A stretch of 63,973 nucleotides of DNA, counting the filler, from Anaerolineae bacterium (GTDB lineage: Bacteria > Chloroflexota > Anaerolineae > Epilineales > Epilineaceae): assembly GCA_029262755.1 (NCBI GenBank). It is 8 parts of 8 records of this genome, joined end to end, with 100 filler letters (N's around TTAATTAATTAA, not from the genome) between each part and the next. Parts side by side here need not be neighbours in the genome. Positions count along the whole stretch, not along the records: positions 1 to 13,863 come from JAJCYU010000370.1; 7 more parts are not named here. One strand, given 5' to 3'. Positions 1-10,299 of the stretch are shown in pieces. The position numbers and the translations under genes were made by a program. Under the pieces are notes generated by a model that was not told the origin of the DNA, did no database searches, and was given only the letters and a program-made list of their open reading frames with translations. The number at the start of each line of letters is the position of its first letter. Positions within the stretch are counted from its first letter, which is position 1.

Positions 1-183
1 GAACTCGGGTCGCGTATCGATCACGGACGCATTGATTTGGGCGCAGGCCACGTCGCTCGACAATGTGGTCGTCGCCACGTGTGATCGGCGCTTCCCTTCC
101 GAGGGACTCCCCCTGACCGTGCTTGAGGCCTAGGTCGAGGGGCTCGCAGTTTGCCGACAAACTCCCCCTGCGGAACCACACCC

Positions 184-612
184 ATGACCTTGTACCAGCG
201 CTCGATCCGCCTCGCTCCCCGTGCACGTGGCGTCCACCTCATCACGGAAGAGATCGTGCGCGCGGTGCCGGAGATCGCAGGCCTGCGCATCGGCCTGCTC
301 CACGTCTTCATCCGTCATACGTCCGCCTCCTTGGCGCTCAACGAGAACGCAGATCCCAGCGTGCGCGCCGATGTGCGGCGCTGGCTCGATGAGGCCGTGC
401 CCGAGGCATGGACCGCGTGGACCCACACACATGAGGGGCCGGACGATATGCCGTCGCACGTGAAAAGCATCCTCACGGGGAGCTTCCTCTCCCTACCGAT
501 TACGGATGGGCGCCTGGCGCTGGGCACGTGGCAGGGAATCTACCTGTGCGAGCATCGGGATCGCGCCGAAGGGCGCCGGATCACGGTGACGGTGCAGGGG
601 GCGGAGGCGTAG
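184..612 (+). CDS. yjbQ: YjbQ/UPF0047 secondary thiamine-phosphate synthase family protein
   Basis: Motifs HTSASLALNENADPSV, HEGPDDMPSHVKS and LGTWQGIYLCEHR; ATG at 184 preferred over the TTG at 151. Confidence 0.93.
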   Translation: MTLYQRSIRLAPRARGVHLITEEIVRAVPEIAGLRIGLLHVFIRHTSASLALNENADPSVRADVRRWLDEAVPEAWTAWTHTHEGPDDMPSHVKSILTGSFLSLPITDGRLALGTWQGIYLCEHRDRAEGRRITVTVQGAEA

Positions 613-854
613 CGAGACGGTTCGCGCGTCGATTCTTGTGGAGCGCGACGAGCCCGAATTCCACGCGCGGCACGGGGCGAAAATCCACGGGATCGACGCG
701 TCAAATTGGACCGTTTGCACGGTATACTGACACGCGAAAATTCGAGCCCAGTCTGCACAGCGCACGCCCGTTCGCCGGGGGTGCGCTGTCGTGGTCGAGG
801 CACCCATGTCCGATGACTCCGCGCGTCGCGCGGACACGCAAGGAGGGCCACCCC

Positions 855-2291
855 ATGGTCCGCTTGTTCCCCCTCTCTTCCTCGCCGTTCTCCACCTCGT
901 CAGCCGCCGTGGCGCTCTTGGCCACCCTCTCCCTCATAGCGACCAGCTGTTCCCCTCCGGCCGACCAGCCGGGTACCGGGCTTTCGCCGAACGCACCCGC
1001 CGATATGCCTGCAGATGCGCCTGTCGACAGCGTGGTCGACGTCCCAGTCGACGGGGACGGCAACGCGCCGCCGGTCGATCTCTTTGGCACGTCCCTCGCT
1101 TGCCCCACCTCGGACGATGACAGGGTGCTCGTCAGTGGGGAGCGCATCGGTGTGTGCTTTCTCGTGCCGGCCGGATTCGAAGCCCGCGAGATGGACAATG
1201 GGTCGCTCATGGTCCTCGCGCCGGCCGACACGTTGGGCCATAGGGAGCGTCTCTTCGTCAACGTCGAGCATGCGCTCGGCCGCAACCGGACGATGGCCGT
1301 CGAGCAAGTCGTCGCCAACCACCGGCTGCCGGGCGATCGATCGGACGCCGACGTCGGACGCGAGATTACGTTCGGCGGTATCGAGGCCATCGCGCTCGAC
1401 AGGTTGCCCGGGCAGGAGCTCAACCGTCAGGTGATCCTGGTGGATCGCGACCGGCTGATGACGTGGATGTTCATGCCGGACGAGCCCGCGCGATCGGAGG
1501 AGAACGCGCAGATGGAAGCGCTCTTCACCTCCGTCGCCGAGTCCTTGGTGTTGCTCGAGATCCCCGAAGCGCCCGCCCTACCGTTGCCGTCGATTGGCAG
1601 CGGCTTTCCGGAGGACGCCGAGTTCTTGTGGTCGCACACCGACTACAGCGGTGGCGGGGAGCCGACCTGCCGCCAACTCGCGATCACCGAGGATCACACC
1701 TTTATCGGCAGCTGTACGGCGGTCGAGTCTGAGATTGACGGCGTACCTCCGCAGTGGGCTGCGCTGCGAGACCAGGTCCGCCCGATGATCGTTCAGGGCG
1801 GCGAGCATGTGCTGGTTGTGCGCGGCACGGGCGACCAGCAAGGGCCGCCGTGGCACCGTGTGCTGGAGCGGTGGGCCGAGGATAGCTACGGCGAGTTGGC
1901 CGCCGGTCGCGTGAGCGCCACGGGGCGTACCGCTATGAGCTGGTGGCAGGAAGATGTGCCTTCGGATGGTTCGCAGACTGCGGTTAGCTGTCGCCACCTG
2001 CTCGTGCTCGCCCACGGCTACGCCTACGCATCCACGCGTGATGGCGCGTGTCCGGGCGGCCCGGACGGCTCGCAGCCGGACGCGGGCTCGCAGCAAGGCT
2101 TGGAGTCCACGGTGGAAGGTTGGTTGACGGCCGACGAGCTCGAGCGCTTCCTGACGTGGACCTCGACCCGTCAGCCGTATTACGAAGGCCCGAGCTATCT
2201 CGACGGTCGGGGCAGCGAAGAGCTTCCCGAAGAGGAAGCCGCCGAGGTTCGCGTGTTCGCCCGTGGGGTGCTCGCCCGCCTGGGAGGCTGA
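855..2291 (+). CDS. Hypothetical lipoprotein
   Basis: AGGAGG at 841-846 upstream of the ATG; hydrophobic signal ending LIATS-C; Pro/Asp linker; paired cysteines; no family recognised. Confidence 0.7.
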   Translation: MVRLFPLSSSPFSTSSAAVALLATLSLIATSCSPPADQPGTGLSPNAPADMPADAPVDSVVDVPVDGDGNAPPVDLFGTSLACPTSDDDRVLVSGERIGVCFLVPAGFEAREMDNGSLMVLAPADTLGHRERLFVNVEHALGRNRTMAVEQVVANHRLPGDRSDADVGREITFGGIEAIALDRLPGQELNRQVILVDRDRLMTWMFMPDEPARSEENAQMEALFTSVAESLVLLEIPEAPALPLPSIGSGFPEDAEFLWSHTDYSGGGEPTCRQLAITEDHTFIGSCTAVESEIDGVPPQWAALRDQVRPMIVQGGEHVLVVRGTGDQQGPPWHRVLERWAEDSYGELAAGRVSATGRTAMSWWQEDVPSDGSQTAVSCRHLLVLAHGYAYASTRDGACPGGPDGSQPDAGSQQGLESTVEGWLTADELERFLTWTSTRQPYYEGPSYLDGRGSEELPEEEAAEVRVFARGVLARLGG

Positions 2292-2562
2292 CCTCCGGGT
2301 AGTCGCGGTCGAGCCAATTCGCATCGGCCACGTCGCAACCGGTAGCTGCGCACGTGCCCGCGAGCCGTTGACACGGGCTGGGGGCGGTCCTAGACTCGAC
2401 CGTCTCCAGCCCGTCGTTGCGTCGGCCTGCCGCGCGGATTTCAGCGCCCACGCCGCAGCGCTCATCCCTTGATCAGGAATCGGCGGTACGGTTGGCGTTT
2501 GTACGATGCGACTTCAACGGCCCCTTCGGGGCGACGCGCCCTCGTGGGGCAGGAGCAGTCGG

Positions 2563-4584
2563 ATGTCTGATTCAAGCACGAACCTTTGCCGCACCCGCAT
2601 TTTTCGGTCGATGTCGGCCGTACGTATCGCGTCGATCCTCGCAATGGCTGCCGTCTTCTTCGCAGCGAGTGCCGCGCCGGCCCGCGCCCAACCCGGCGCG
2701 GCAGGCCCCCAGGTCGAGTTCTCGATCGTTCCGCAGCAGGGGCAGGTGGAACCCGGCGACCGGTTGGCCCTGGCGGTCGTCATGGAGTTCGGCGAGGGCT
2801 TCCACGCCTGGCCCGATCGCCCCCAGGTGGTGCTGCCGGCCGAGTTCGACGGCATGTTCGACGCCGAGTCCGCGATCCCGACCGAGGTCGATCTCGCGCC
2901 GGACGGTCTGCCGGAAGGGTGGTCCGCGTGGCCGACCCAATACCCCGCGCCGGTCGGATTGCCCGTGCGCTACACGGGCGCGCCGGTCGAGCTGCTCTCC
3001 TTCGCCGGCCGATCGGTTGCGTACATTCCCGTCCAGGTCGGACCCGACGTATCGCCCGGCCCGCTGAGCATCCCTGTCCGGATCGCGTTCCAGTCGTGCG
3101 ACGAGTACGTGTGCTATGCGCCTGAGACACGCTTGCTGCAGACCGAGCTGGAGATCGTCGCCCCCGGCGCGGCCGGTCCGGGCGGCGACGCGACGCTCTT
3201 CGCCTCGTTCGACGGCAACGTCTTTAGCCAAGCGCCGGCCTTCGGTGCGGGCGGAACGGGCGTTGCCGTCGCCGCGACGGCAGGCGCCTGCGAGGCGATC
3301 GACGTCAACTTCTTCGGCCGCTCGTTCCCGCTGTCGCCCTGCGGGCCCGCCGGCTTCGTGCTGCTGCTGCTCCTCGCTGCCCTCGGCGGATTCCTGCTCA
3401 ACCTGACGCCCTGTGTGCTGCCCGTGATCCCGCTGAAGATCATGGGCCTTTCCCGCGCCGCCGGCGACAGCAAGCGGCTCTTGCTTCTCGGCGTGGCCAT
3501 GGCGGTCGGTGTCGTGACCTTCTGGATGGCCATCGGTGGCGCGATCGCGTTCATCGCCGGCTTCGACGCGATCAGCAGCCTGTTCCAGACGGGTTGGTTC
3601 TCGCTGGTCGTCGGCCTCTTCGTCGGCATTATGGCGCTGGGAATGTTCGGCCTCTTCGCCATCAACCTGCCGCAGTCGGTCTACCGCCTCAACCCGAGCC
3701 ACGACACCGTACACGGCTCGTTCCTCTTCGGTGTCCTGACCGCCGTGCTCTCCACACCCTGCACGGCGCCCTTCATGGGCAGCGCGGCCGCGTGGGCCGC
3801 GACGCAGCCCGCGGCCATGACGCTGGCCACATTCGGCGCGATCGGCGGCGGCATGGCGCTGCCCTACCTCGTGCTCTCTGCGCGACCGGGCATGGTCTCC
3901 GCCGTGCCGCGAAGCGGGCCCGCCAGCGAACTCGTGAAGCAGGTCATGGGTCTGTTCATGCTCGCCGTTTCGGCGTTCTTCCTCGGGATCCCGATCTCCG
4001 CATGGCTGCAGAAGCCGCCGGCGCCGGCCAGCCGTGCCTATTGGTGGGTGGTTGCGGCCTTCGTGGTGCTCGCCGCGTTGTGGCTGATCCGCCGCACGTG
4101 GGCGATCACGGAGTCCACCGGCAAGCGGGTGGTGTTCACCGGTATCGCGCTCGCGGTTGCGCTCGGCACAACCGCGATCGTGTCGGGCCTTGCCAGCCAC
4201 GGTCCGATCGCGTGGACCTACTACACACCCGAGGCCTTCGCCCAAGCCCAGGCCGAAGGCTCGGTGGTCGTCATGGACTTCACGGCGGAGTGGTGCCTCA
4301 ACTGCAAGGCGCTCGAGGCCGGCGTGCTCCACCAACCCGACATCGTCGCGCTCCTACGCGAAGGCGACGTGGTCCCGATGAAGGTCGACCTAACGGGAGA
4401 CAACCCGGAAGGGCAGGCCAAGCTCAAGGCGCTCGACTGGGTCGGCATCCCGCTGCTGGCTGTCTTCGGTCCCGGTCTGAGCAGCGGCTACAGCGACGAG
4501 ACGCCGCTGAAGTACGACACGTACACCCAGGACACGATCCGCAAGGCCGTCACGGAGGCCAGGGGCCAGACCTCGCTTCGATAA
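2563..4584 (+). CDS. dsbD: Thiol:disulfide interchange protein, DsbD-like (N-terminal DsbD domain, TM domain, thioredoxin domain)
   Basis: AGGAG 7 nt before the ATG; QSCDEYVCY, LNLTPCVLP, STPCTAPFM and DFTAEWCLNCK motifs; about 8 TM segments. Confidence 0.9.
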   Translation: MSDSSTNLCRTRIFRSMSAVRIASILAMAAVFFAASAAPARAQPGAAGPQVEFSIVPQQGQVEPGDRLALAVVMEFGEGFHAWPDRPQVVLPAEFDGMFDAESAIPTEVDLAPDGLPEGWSAWPTQYPAPVGLPVRYTGAPVELLSFAGRSVAYIPVQVGPDVSPGPLSIPVRIAFQSCDEYVCYAPETRLLQTELEIVAPGAAGPGGDATLFASFDGNVFSQAPAFGAGGTGVAVAATAGACEAIDVNFFGRSFPLSPCGPAGFVLLLLLAALGGFLLNLTPCVLPVIPLKIMGLSRAAGDSKRLLLLGVAMAVGVVTFWMAIGGAIAFIAGFDAISSLFQTGWFSLVVGLFVGIMALGMFGLFAINLPQSVYRLNPSHDTVHGSFLFGVLTAVLSTPCTAPFMGSAAAWAATQPAAMTLATFGAIGGGMALPYLVLSARPGMVSAVPRSGPASELVKQVMGLFMLAVSAFFLGIPISAWLQKPPAPASRAYWWVVAAFVVLAALWLIRRTWAITESTGKRVVFTGIALAVALGTTAIVSGLASHGPIAWTYYTPEAFAQAQAEGSVVVMDFTAEWCLNCKALEAGVLHQPDIVALLREGDVVPMKVDLTGDNPEGQAKLKALDWVGIPLLAVFGPGLSSGYSDETPLKYDTYTQDTIRKAVTEARGQTSLR

Positions 4585-4628
4585 GCGGTAGGTCGTATGC
4601 AACGTACATGCCGGGCGAATTGAAGAAC

Positions 4629-4663
4629 ACGAGGGGGCGGGTCGATTCGACCCGCCCCCTCGT
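4629..4663. terminator. Perfect GC-rich hairpin between convergent genes (probable bidirectional terminator)
   Basis: ACGAGGGGGCGGGTCGA-T-TCGACCCGCCCCCTCGT inverted repeat. Confidence 0.75.
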
Positions 4664-4732
4664 TCTACGTGTTCACCGTGTTCCTATTCGCGACGTGATC
4701 GCCGGGGCGACTTCACGCGATCGGACCGACCG

Positions 4733-6685
4733 CTACGCGTTGTCCGCGGCCTCCTCGAGCTGCGGTGCGAGCCAACCGGTACAGCGCGAGTAGGGCGTAT
4801 CGACCTCCTCCTCGGATTCCGCCTCATTCGCCTCGTCCGCTGCAGCCTCCGCGCTCTCCGCGTCGCCCTCGCCGGTTGCGTCGTCCTCGGCGCCTTCCGC
4901 CTCGTCCGCGCCTTCGCCTTCGGCCGCCATCGGATCAACAGGGGCGTCCGCCCAGCGCTCGCACTCGGAGGTGACGCGCTCGCGCAGGGCCGTCAGGACG
5001 TCGGTGTGGGCGCCCTCGGCCTTCTCGTTCCAGCCTTCGAGAGCGGAGGCGAGGGAGTTCAGCCGGCGCTGGTTGCGCTGATGGAAGGCATCATCGTTGA
5101 CCAGGAGCTCGTCGAGCACGGCCATCGTCTCGGACTGGATCGTCGCGGCGTCATCCGGCGCTTCGCTCATCAACGTGCTCACGTAGCCAAGGCCCCACTG
5201 GAAGCGCGTGGCGCGTCCGCCCGACTCGTCCCAGGCACGCTTGCGCCAGGCGATCTTCTCCTCGGGCGTATCGGCGAGGCTGGCCAGGGAGCTCATGTAG
5301 TAGTAGGGCGCGAGCATCTTGTCCAAGGAGGCCTCCAGCAGCGGCGCCGCCTCGTCTTCGAGCTCGGCCTCGCGCAACAGCCAGACCATCGAGTTCATGA
5401 CGGCCTGCATCTCGCCGCCTTCCTTGGCGTTGACCGCGGCCCACTGGACGCGCTCGCGCACCTTGTCGCGCAGGGCCTCAGACAGGAGGGGCGGCGGCGG
5501 GGCGGGTTCCACCTCCGGCTGACCCTCGGCCGCGTCGTCGCCCTCGTCCCCGGCCGTGTCGCCGCCTTCATCCGCCGCTTCCGGCTCCTCGACGGGCGCC
5601 GGCGGGTTGGCCATCTTGTACAGCTCCATCTGTGGGAAGATCGCGCTCAGGCGGTCGTCGACAGCGAGATTCTCGTCGTCCTCCATCGCGATCGCCGCGT
5701 CGTTCCACTCGGCCGCGAAGGCGTCGCGCGCCTCGCCTTCCTCCGGGAACAGCAGGACCACCGTCTCGCGGCTCCAGTACTGCGCGTGCCATAGGTTGAC
5801 GTTGCGCAGGATCGGGTCGCGCAGCACGATGCCCATCTGCTCGGCCAGCGCAGCGCGTTCGTCCGCGCTCACAACCGGCTCCGGCTCCGTGCCGGCCTCT
5901 TCCGCGGCGTCCGCCGCGTCGCCGTCGGCCGAGATCAACGCGTCGAGGTAGAGCGTTAGGAAGCGCGACTTGACCGTGGTCGGCTCGTCCGGCGCACCTT
6001 CGTAGAGCGCGCGGAAGGTGCTCAGCTCCTCTTCGGCAGGGAGGCCGATCTTGTCGTCCTGGCCCCAGGCGTAGTAGGCCAGCATGCGCAGTAGCTCCGG
6101 CGGCGCCTCGGCGGGGCCGGTCGCCATAACCTCGGTCAGCACATCGGCCACGGGGCGCTGCATGGCCTGGGCCGCCGTCAGCACCTCGGCGTACTCGTCG
6201 GCGGGGATGCCGCTGGTCATGCGCATGATCTCGTTGCGCTCGCCGTCGAGCACGATGACGGTTGGGTAGCCCATCACCCCGAAGTCTTCGCCCAGCGTCT
6301 GGGCAAGCTCGGTGTCACCGTCCAGCTCGACCATCACGAACTCGGCGCTCTTGGTCGCGAAGGCCTCGGTCTTGAAGACCTTCTCCTTCAGGTAATGACA
6401 GGGCGGGCACCACACCGCGCCCCAATACAGGAAGACCGGCTTGTCCTCGGCGCGCGCCGTGTCGAAGGCCTGATCGACGCTGCCTTCGTGCCAGGCCACC
6501 TGGTAGCTCGTACCGTCTTGATCCTCGGGCGGTGATTCCGGCTCGGCCACCTCGGCTTCGGCGGCGTCGCCGAGATCGGCGGCCGCGCCTTCCAACGCGG
6601 GCTCCGCGCCATCGTCGACCGTCGGCCGCTGGCAGGCGGCGGGCAGCATCGCGATCAGCAGCAACAGTCCCAACCATCTCGTCAT
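4733..6685 (-). CDS. Thioredoxin-fold lipoprotein with a long helical, acidic C-terminal region
   Basis: Lipobox LPAA-C; YWGAVWCPPCH active site; GVMGYPT cis-Pro loop. Confidence 0.85.
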   Translation of the reverse strand: MTRWLGLLLLIAMLPAACQRPTVDDGAEPALEGAAADLGDAAEAEVAEPESPPEDQDGTSYQVAWHEGSVDQAFDTARAEDKPVFLYWGAVWCPPCHYLKEKVFKTEAFATKSAEFVMVELDGDTELAQTLGEDFGVMGYPTVIVLDGERNEIMRMTSGIPADEYAEVLTAAQAMQRPVADVLTEVMATGPAEAPPELLRMLAYYAWGQDDKIGLPAEEELSTFRALYEGAPDEPTTVKSRFLTLYLDALISADGDAADAAEEAGTEPEPVVSADERAALAEQMGIVLRDPILRNVNLWHAQYWSRETVVLLFPEEGEARDAFAAEWNDAAIAMEDDENLAVDDRLSAIFPQMELYKMANPPAPVEEPEAADEGGDTAGDEGDDAAEGQPEVEPAPPPPLLSEALRDKVRERVQWAAVNAKEGGEMQAVMNSMVWLLREAELEDEAAPLLEASLDKMLAPYYYMSSLASLADTPEEKIAWRKRAWDESGGRATRFQWGLGYVSTLMSEAPDDAATIQSETMAVLDELLVNDDAFHQRNQRRLNSLASALEGWNEKAEGAHTDVLTALRERVTSECERWADAPVDPMAAEGEGADEAEGAEDDATGEGDAESAEAAADEANEAESEEEVDTPYSRCTGWLAPQLEEAADNA

Positions 6686-6837
6686 TCGCAGGTGCACGGT
6701 TCTCTCTCCTCACCAGGCGCTTCCAGGGGGTCGCGCGGGGGGCATATCGGGTCCACCATGGTCCCCCAAGTCGCGGAGGCGCGCAACCGGCTGTCGCGAA
6801 TTCGCCGCCCCTGGGTCGCTCCGCTACCTTTCGGCCC

Positions 6838-7830
6838 ATGAGCGATCCCAACCCGCAGGACTCCGGCACCGGCATCGATCCGCAGCCCGGTCTCGAGCCC
6901 GATGCGCCGCGCACGACGCACCCCCATCCCGCCCGCCTGCCCGTCCACGAGATCCCGATCCTGCGCCGTGCGCCCGAGGTCGAGCTCGTCGATGTCATGG
7001 ACGGCGACGGCCGGCGCGAAGTGCTGGTCCACGACCACGGCCTGATGGCTCTCGTCGACGTGATGCCGCGCCTGGCCCCGGTCGGGCAGACGGCCGATTT
7101 CGCGATCGTCCAGGCGGCGCGCGTGAGCTACGGCGTCGGCACGAAGAAGGTGTCCCACGACCGCGGCTTGATCCGCTACCTCGCGCGGCACCGGCACACG
7201 ACGCCCTTCGAGATGGTCGAGTTCAAGTTCCACTGCGTGATGCCCATCTTCGTGGCGCGCCAGTGGATCCGGCATCGCACCGCCAACGTCAACGAGTACT
7301 CCGCGCGTTACTCGGTCGTACCCGAGCGCTTCTACCGTCCTTCCGAGGGCAACGTGCGTTTGCAGTCGACCACGAACCGGCAGGGCGGCGACGAGCGGGT
7401 CACCAACGCCACCGCGAGCGAGTTCCTGGACTATCTGGCGGCCATCGAGACGCAATACGCGCGCTACAGCGAGCTACTCGAGCAAGGCCTCACGCGCGAG
7501 CAGGCCCGCATCGGCCTGCCGCAGAGCGTATACACGGAGTGGTACTGGAAGTGCGATCTGCACAACATCATGCACTTCCTGTCTCTACGGATGGATTCCC
7601 ACGCCCAGGACGAGATCCGCGACTACGCCTACGCGATGTTTGCATTGATCCAGCCCATCGTGCCGATGGCCGCCGAGGCCTTCCTCGACTACCGCTTGGG
7701 CGGCGAGGTCCTCACACGCCTCGAGATCGAGTCCCTGCGCACGGGTGAGCCCCTGGCCACGACGAACAAGCGCGAGGCATCGGAGTGGGAAGCCAAGCGG
7801 CAGCGCATGGGGCTAGCGGACGAGTCGTAG
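6838..7830 (+). CDS. thyX: FAD-dependent thymidylate synthase
   Basis: AARVSY, HTTPFE and RQWIRHRTANVNEYSARY (RHRx7SxR) motifs; LRMDSHAQDEIR. Confidence 0.96.
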   Translation: MSDPNPQDSGTGIDPQPGLEPDAPRTTHPHPARLPVHEIPILRRAPEVELVDVMDGDGRREVLVHDHGLMALVDVMPRLAPVGQTADFAIVQAARVSYGVGTKKVSHDRGLIRYLARHRHTTPFEMVEFKFHCVMPIFVARQWIRHRTANVNEYSARYSVVPERFYRPSEGNVRLQSTTNRQGGDERVTNATASEFLDYLAAIETQYARYSELLEQGLTREQARIGLPQSVYTEWYWKCDLHNIMHFLSLRMDSHAQDEIRDYAYAMFALIQPIVPMAAEAFLDYRLGGEVLTRLEIESLRTGEPLATTNKREASEWEAKRQRMGLADES

Positions 7831-7878
7831 CGTTGCGTTGCGTTGCGCTGCGCTGAGTTGTAGTGCGTTGCGCTGAGT
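7830..7878. repeat. Degenerate pentanucleotide microsatellite (GCGTT/GCGCT), about 10 units
   Basis: gcgtt gcgtt gcgtt gcgct gcgct gagtt gtagt gcgtt gcgct gagt, directly after the thyX stop. Confidence 0.7.
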
Positions 7879-7911
7879 CTTGTTGCGGCGATCGCTATTG
7901 CACGAGTCCCG

Positions 7912-8661
7912 CTACGCTCGGCCGTTCCCGCGCACCGCGCGCCACACGCGCCATCCGTTCCACGCGATGACGAGCGCGACGATCACGCTGACCACGGCGG
8001 CGTAGCGCGCGAGCCATAGCTCGAGCAGCGCGAGGTTGTCGCCCACGGCGACGCCAAGCCCCACGAGCAAGCCGTTCCAGGCGGCGGCGCTCACGGCCGA
8101 CCAGAACATGGTCTCACGCCAGCCGATGCCCACCCAACCGGCCGCCACGAAGAAGAGCGTCCGGATTCCCGGGGTGAAGCGGTTGAGCGCGAGGTAGGCC
8201 GCCCCGTGGCGCTCGAAGCGCGCCGCGAGTAGCTCCATCGCCTGGCGCACGCGCCCGTCGGATCGTGCGGCGGTGCGCGAACGACGGGGCACGCGATCGC
8301 CCGCGACGGCGCTCCCCGCAGCTCGATCGATCTGCGCCGGCCCGTCGTCGTCTCCTCGGTCCGCCGCACCGTTCGGCGCGTCCTCCCGCGCGACGCGCAA
8401 ACGGCGCCGATCGGCGCGCGCAAGGGCGCACCCGACCGCCCATGAGACCATCGACCCCGCGACCGAGCCGGCCGTGACGATGCCGAGGACGGGCCACAGC
8501 TGCCAACCGAATGCGGTCACGAGCGCCGCGCCGGCTACCACTACCGTGTCGCCGGGAAAGGGCGGGAACACGTACTCGATGAGGGCGCCCAGGAAGAGCA
8601 CGCCGCCGCCGACCCACGGCGGTGTGTCGCGCAGCAACTCCACCCACTCCATCAGGCTCAT
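7912..8661 (-). CDS. DedA family (VTT/SNARE-associated domain) membrane protein
   Basis: IEYVFPPFPGD and NRFTPGIR motifs; GGAGG SD; contains a low-complexity hydrophilic insertion. Confidence 0.88.
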   Translation of the reverse strand: MSLMEWVELLRDTPPWVGGGVLFLGALIEYVFPPFPGDTVVVAGAALVTAFGWQLWPVLGIVTAGSVAGSMVSWAVGCALARADRRRLRVAREDAPNGAADRGDDDGPAQIDRAAGSAVAGDRVPRRSRTAARSDGRVRQAMELLAARFERHGAAYLALNRFTPGIRTLFFVAAGWVGIGWRETMFWSAVSAAAWNGLLVGLGVAVGDNLALLELWLARYAAVVSVIVALVIAWNGWRVWRAVRGNGRA

Positions 8662-8720
8662 GCCGCCTCCCAATCGCGCGGCCCGCGGTTCGTTCGGGCG
8701 AGCGGCCGCGCATGGTGCAC

Positions 8721-8758
8721 GAAGAACCCGGAAGTCCATGCGGGCTTCCGGGTTCTTC
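8721..8758 (-). terminator. Intrinsic terminator-like hairpin downstream of trxA
   Basis: GAAGAACCCGGAAG...CTTCCGGGTTCTTC 14-bp stem. Confidence 0.75.
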
Positions 8759-8826
8759 TATGATGCGTGTACGCCGTCGAGGGGGCCATCACAGACCGCT
8801 CGATGACCGCACGTTTGGCCGGACGG

Positions 8827-9165
8827 CTAGGCCGTCGCGGTGGCCAGATGCGGCTTCAGCTTGGCCATGATGCGCTCCTTGGGCATGAAGCCCACGAGGC
8901 GCTCCGCCTCTTGCCCGTCCTTGAACAGGATGAGCGTCGGGATGCTCTGCACTCCGAAGTCCGCCGGCTTGGCCTGCTGGCTGTCGATGTCCATCTTGCC
9001 GACCGTCAGCACATCGCTGTGCTCTTCGGCAATCTCTTCGACGACGGGACCGAGCATGCGGCACGGACCGCACCATTCGGCCCAAAAGTCTACCAAGACC
9101 GGACCTTCGGCCTGCAGGACCTGCTTGTCGAACTCTGCGTCGGTGATCGTTAGGGTGTTGCCCAT
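8827..9165 (-). CDS. trxA: Thioredoxin
   Basis: VLVDFWAEWCGPC and FGVQSIPTL motifs; 112 aa. Confidence 0.97.
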   Translation of the reverse strand: MGNTLTITDAEFDKQVLQAEGPVLVDFWAEWCGPCRMLGPVVEEIAEEHSDVLTVGKMDIDSQQAKPADFGVQSIPTLILFKDGQEAERLVGFMPKERIMAKLKPHLATATA

Positions 9166-9276
9166 GTGGTTTGCGCCTCTCTTCTGTGCGGTCTTCTGTG
9201 CGAATCCGTGGTTGTTGCTTCGCGCTCCTGTGCGCGCGGCCTACAATCTCCGCCCCACGCCTCAAGGAACGTCGAT

Positions 9277-10299
9277 TTGTCTCTGTCCAACGACGACCGT
9301 TACGCGCTCTACCATTATATGCGGCTCAGCCGGGCCATCGAAGACGGCGCTTGGGCGCTTGCCGGCCAGGGCCGCATGGTCGGAAGGCTCTACACCGGCC
9401 ACGGCCAGGAGGCCATCCCCGTCGGCTGCGCCACCGCCCTCGCGGCGGACGACGTGATGGCGCCCATGTACCGCGACATGGGCGCGCACCTCGTGCGCGG
9501 TATGGAGCCATGGGAGATCTTCGCGCAGTACATGGGCAAGCGCGGTAGCTCCAACGCCGGCAAGGATTCCGGACTGCACATGGGCGACATGAAGCGCGGG
9601 ATCATCGGCATGATCAGCGTGCTGCCCGACTCCCTGCCTGTGGCGGTCGGGGTCGCGCTTGCCTTCCGCTTGCGCGACGAAGCGCGGGTGGCCATGACCT
9701 TCTTCGGCGAGGGATCCACCTCGACAGGGGCGTGGCACGAGGCGGTCAACATGGCGGCCGTTCTGGACGTGCCGCTGGTCATGATCTGCGAGAACAACGG
9801 CTGGGCGTTATCCACGCCCGCCGAGCGCGAGTTCCGCGGCGCCACGATCGCCGAGCGCGCGTCGGCCTATGGTATCGCCGGCGCCCGCGTGGATGGCAAC
9901 GACGTGGAGGCGGTGCACCGCACCGCGCGCGAGGCCGTCGAGCGCGCGCGCAGCGGCGGCGGCCCGACGCTCATCGAGTGCGTCACGATGCGCATGCGCG
10001 GCCACTCCATCATCGACCCCGCCGAGTACGTGCCGCCCGAGCAGCTCGCCGCATGGGCCGTGCGCGACCCGATCGATCGCCTGCGCGAGCGCCTCGTCGC
10101 CGACGGTCTGTGGGACGATGGCCGCGAGGCCGCCATGCTCGCCGAGCACAAGGGCATCGTGGACGCCGCGATCGACCGCGCCGCGGCCATGGAAGACCCG
10201 CACCCGCAAGACGTCTACGAAGGCGTGTTCGCATCGGATGGACAAACCACGGACACCGCGACCTCGGACGGCTCCACCACCACCGGAGCGGGTGCATGA
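9277..10299 (+). CDS. ThDP-dependent 2-oxoacid dehydrogenase E1 subunit alpha
   Basis: GHGQEA, FFGEGSTSTG...ENNGWA ThDP motif and RMRGHS; probable TTG start after AAGGA; ATGA overlap with the beta subunit. Confidence 0.92.
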   Translation: MSLSNDDRYALYHYMRLSRAIEDGAWALAGQGRMVGRLYTGHGQEAIPVGCATALAADDVMAPMYRDMGAHLVRGMEPWEIFAQYMGKRGSSNAGKDSGLHMGDMKRGIIGMISVLPDSLPVAVGVALAFRLRDEARVAMTFFGEGSTSTGAWHEAVNMAAVLDVPLVMICENNGWALSTPAEREFRGATIAERASAYGIAGARVDGNDVEAVHRTAREAVERARSGGGPTLIECVTMRMRGHSIIDPAEYVPPEQLAAWAVRDPIDRLRERLVADGLWDDGREAAMLAEHKGIVDAAIDRAAAMEDPHPQDVYEGVFASDGQTTDTATSDGSTTTGAGA

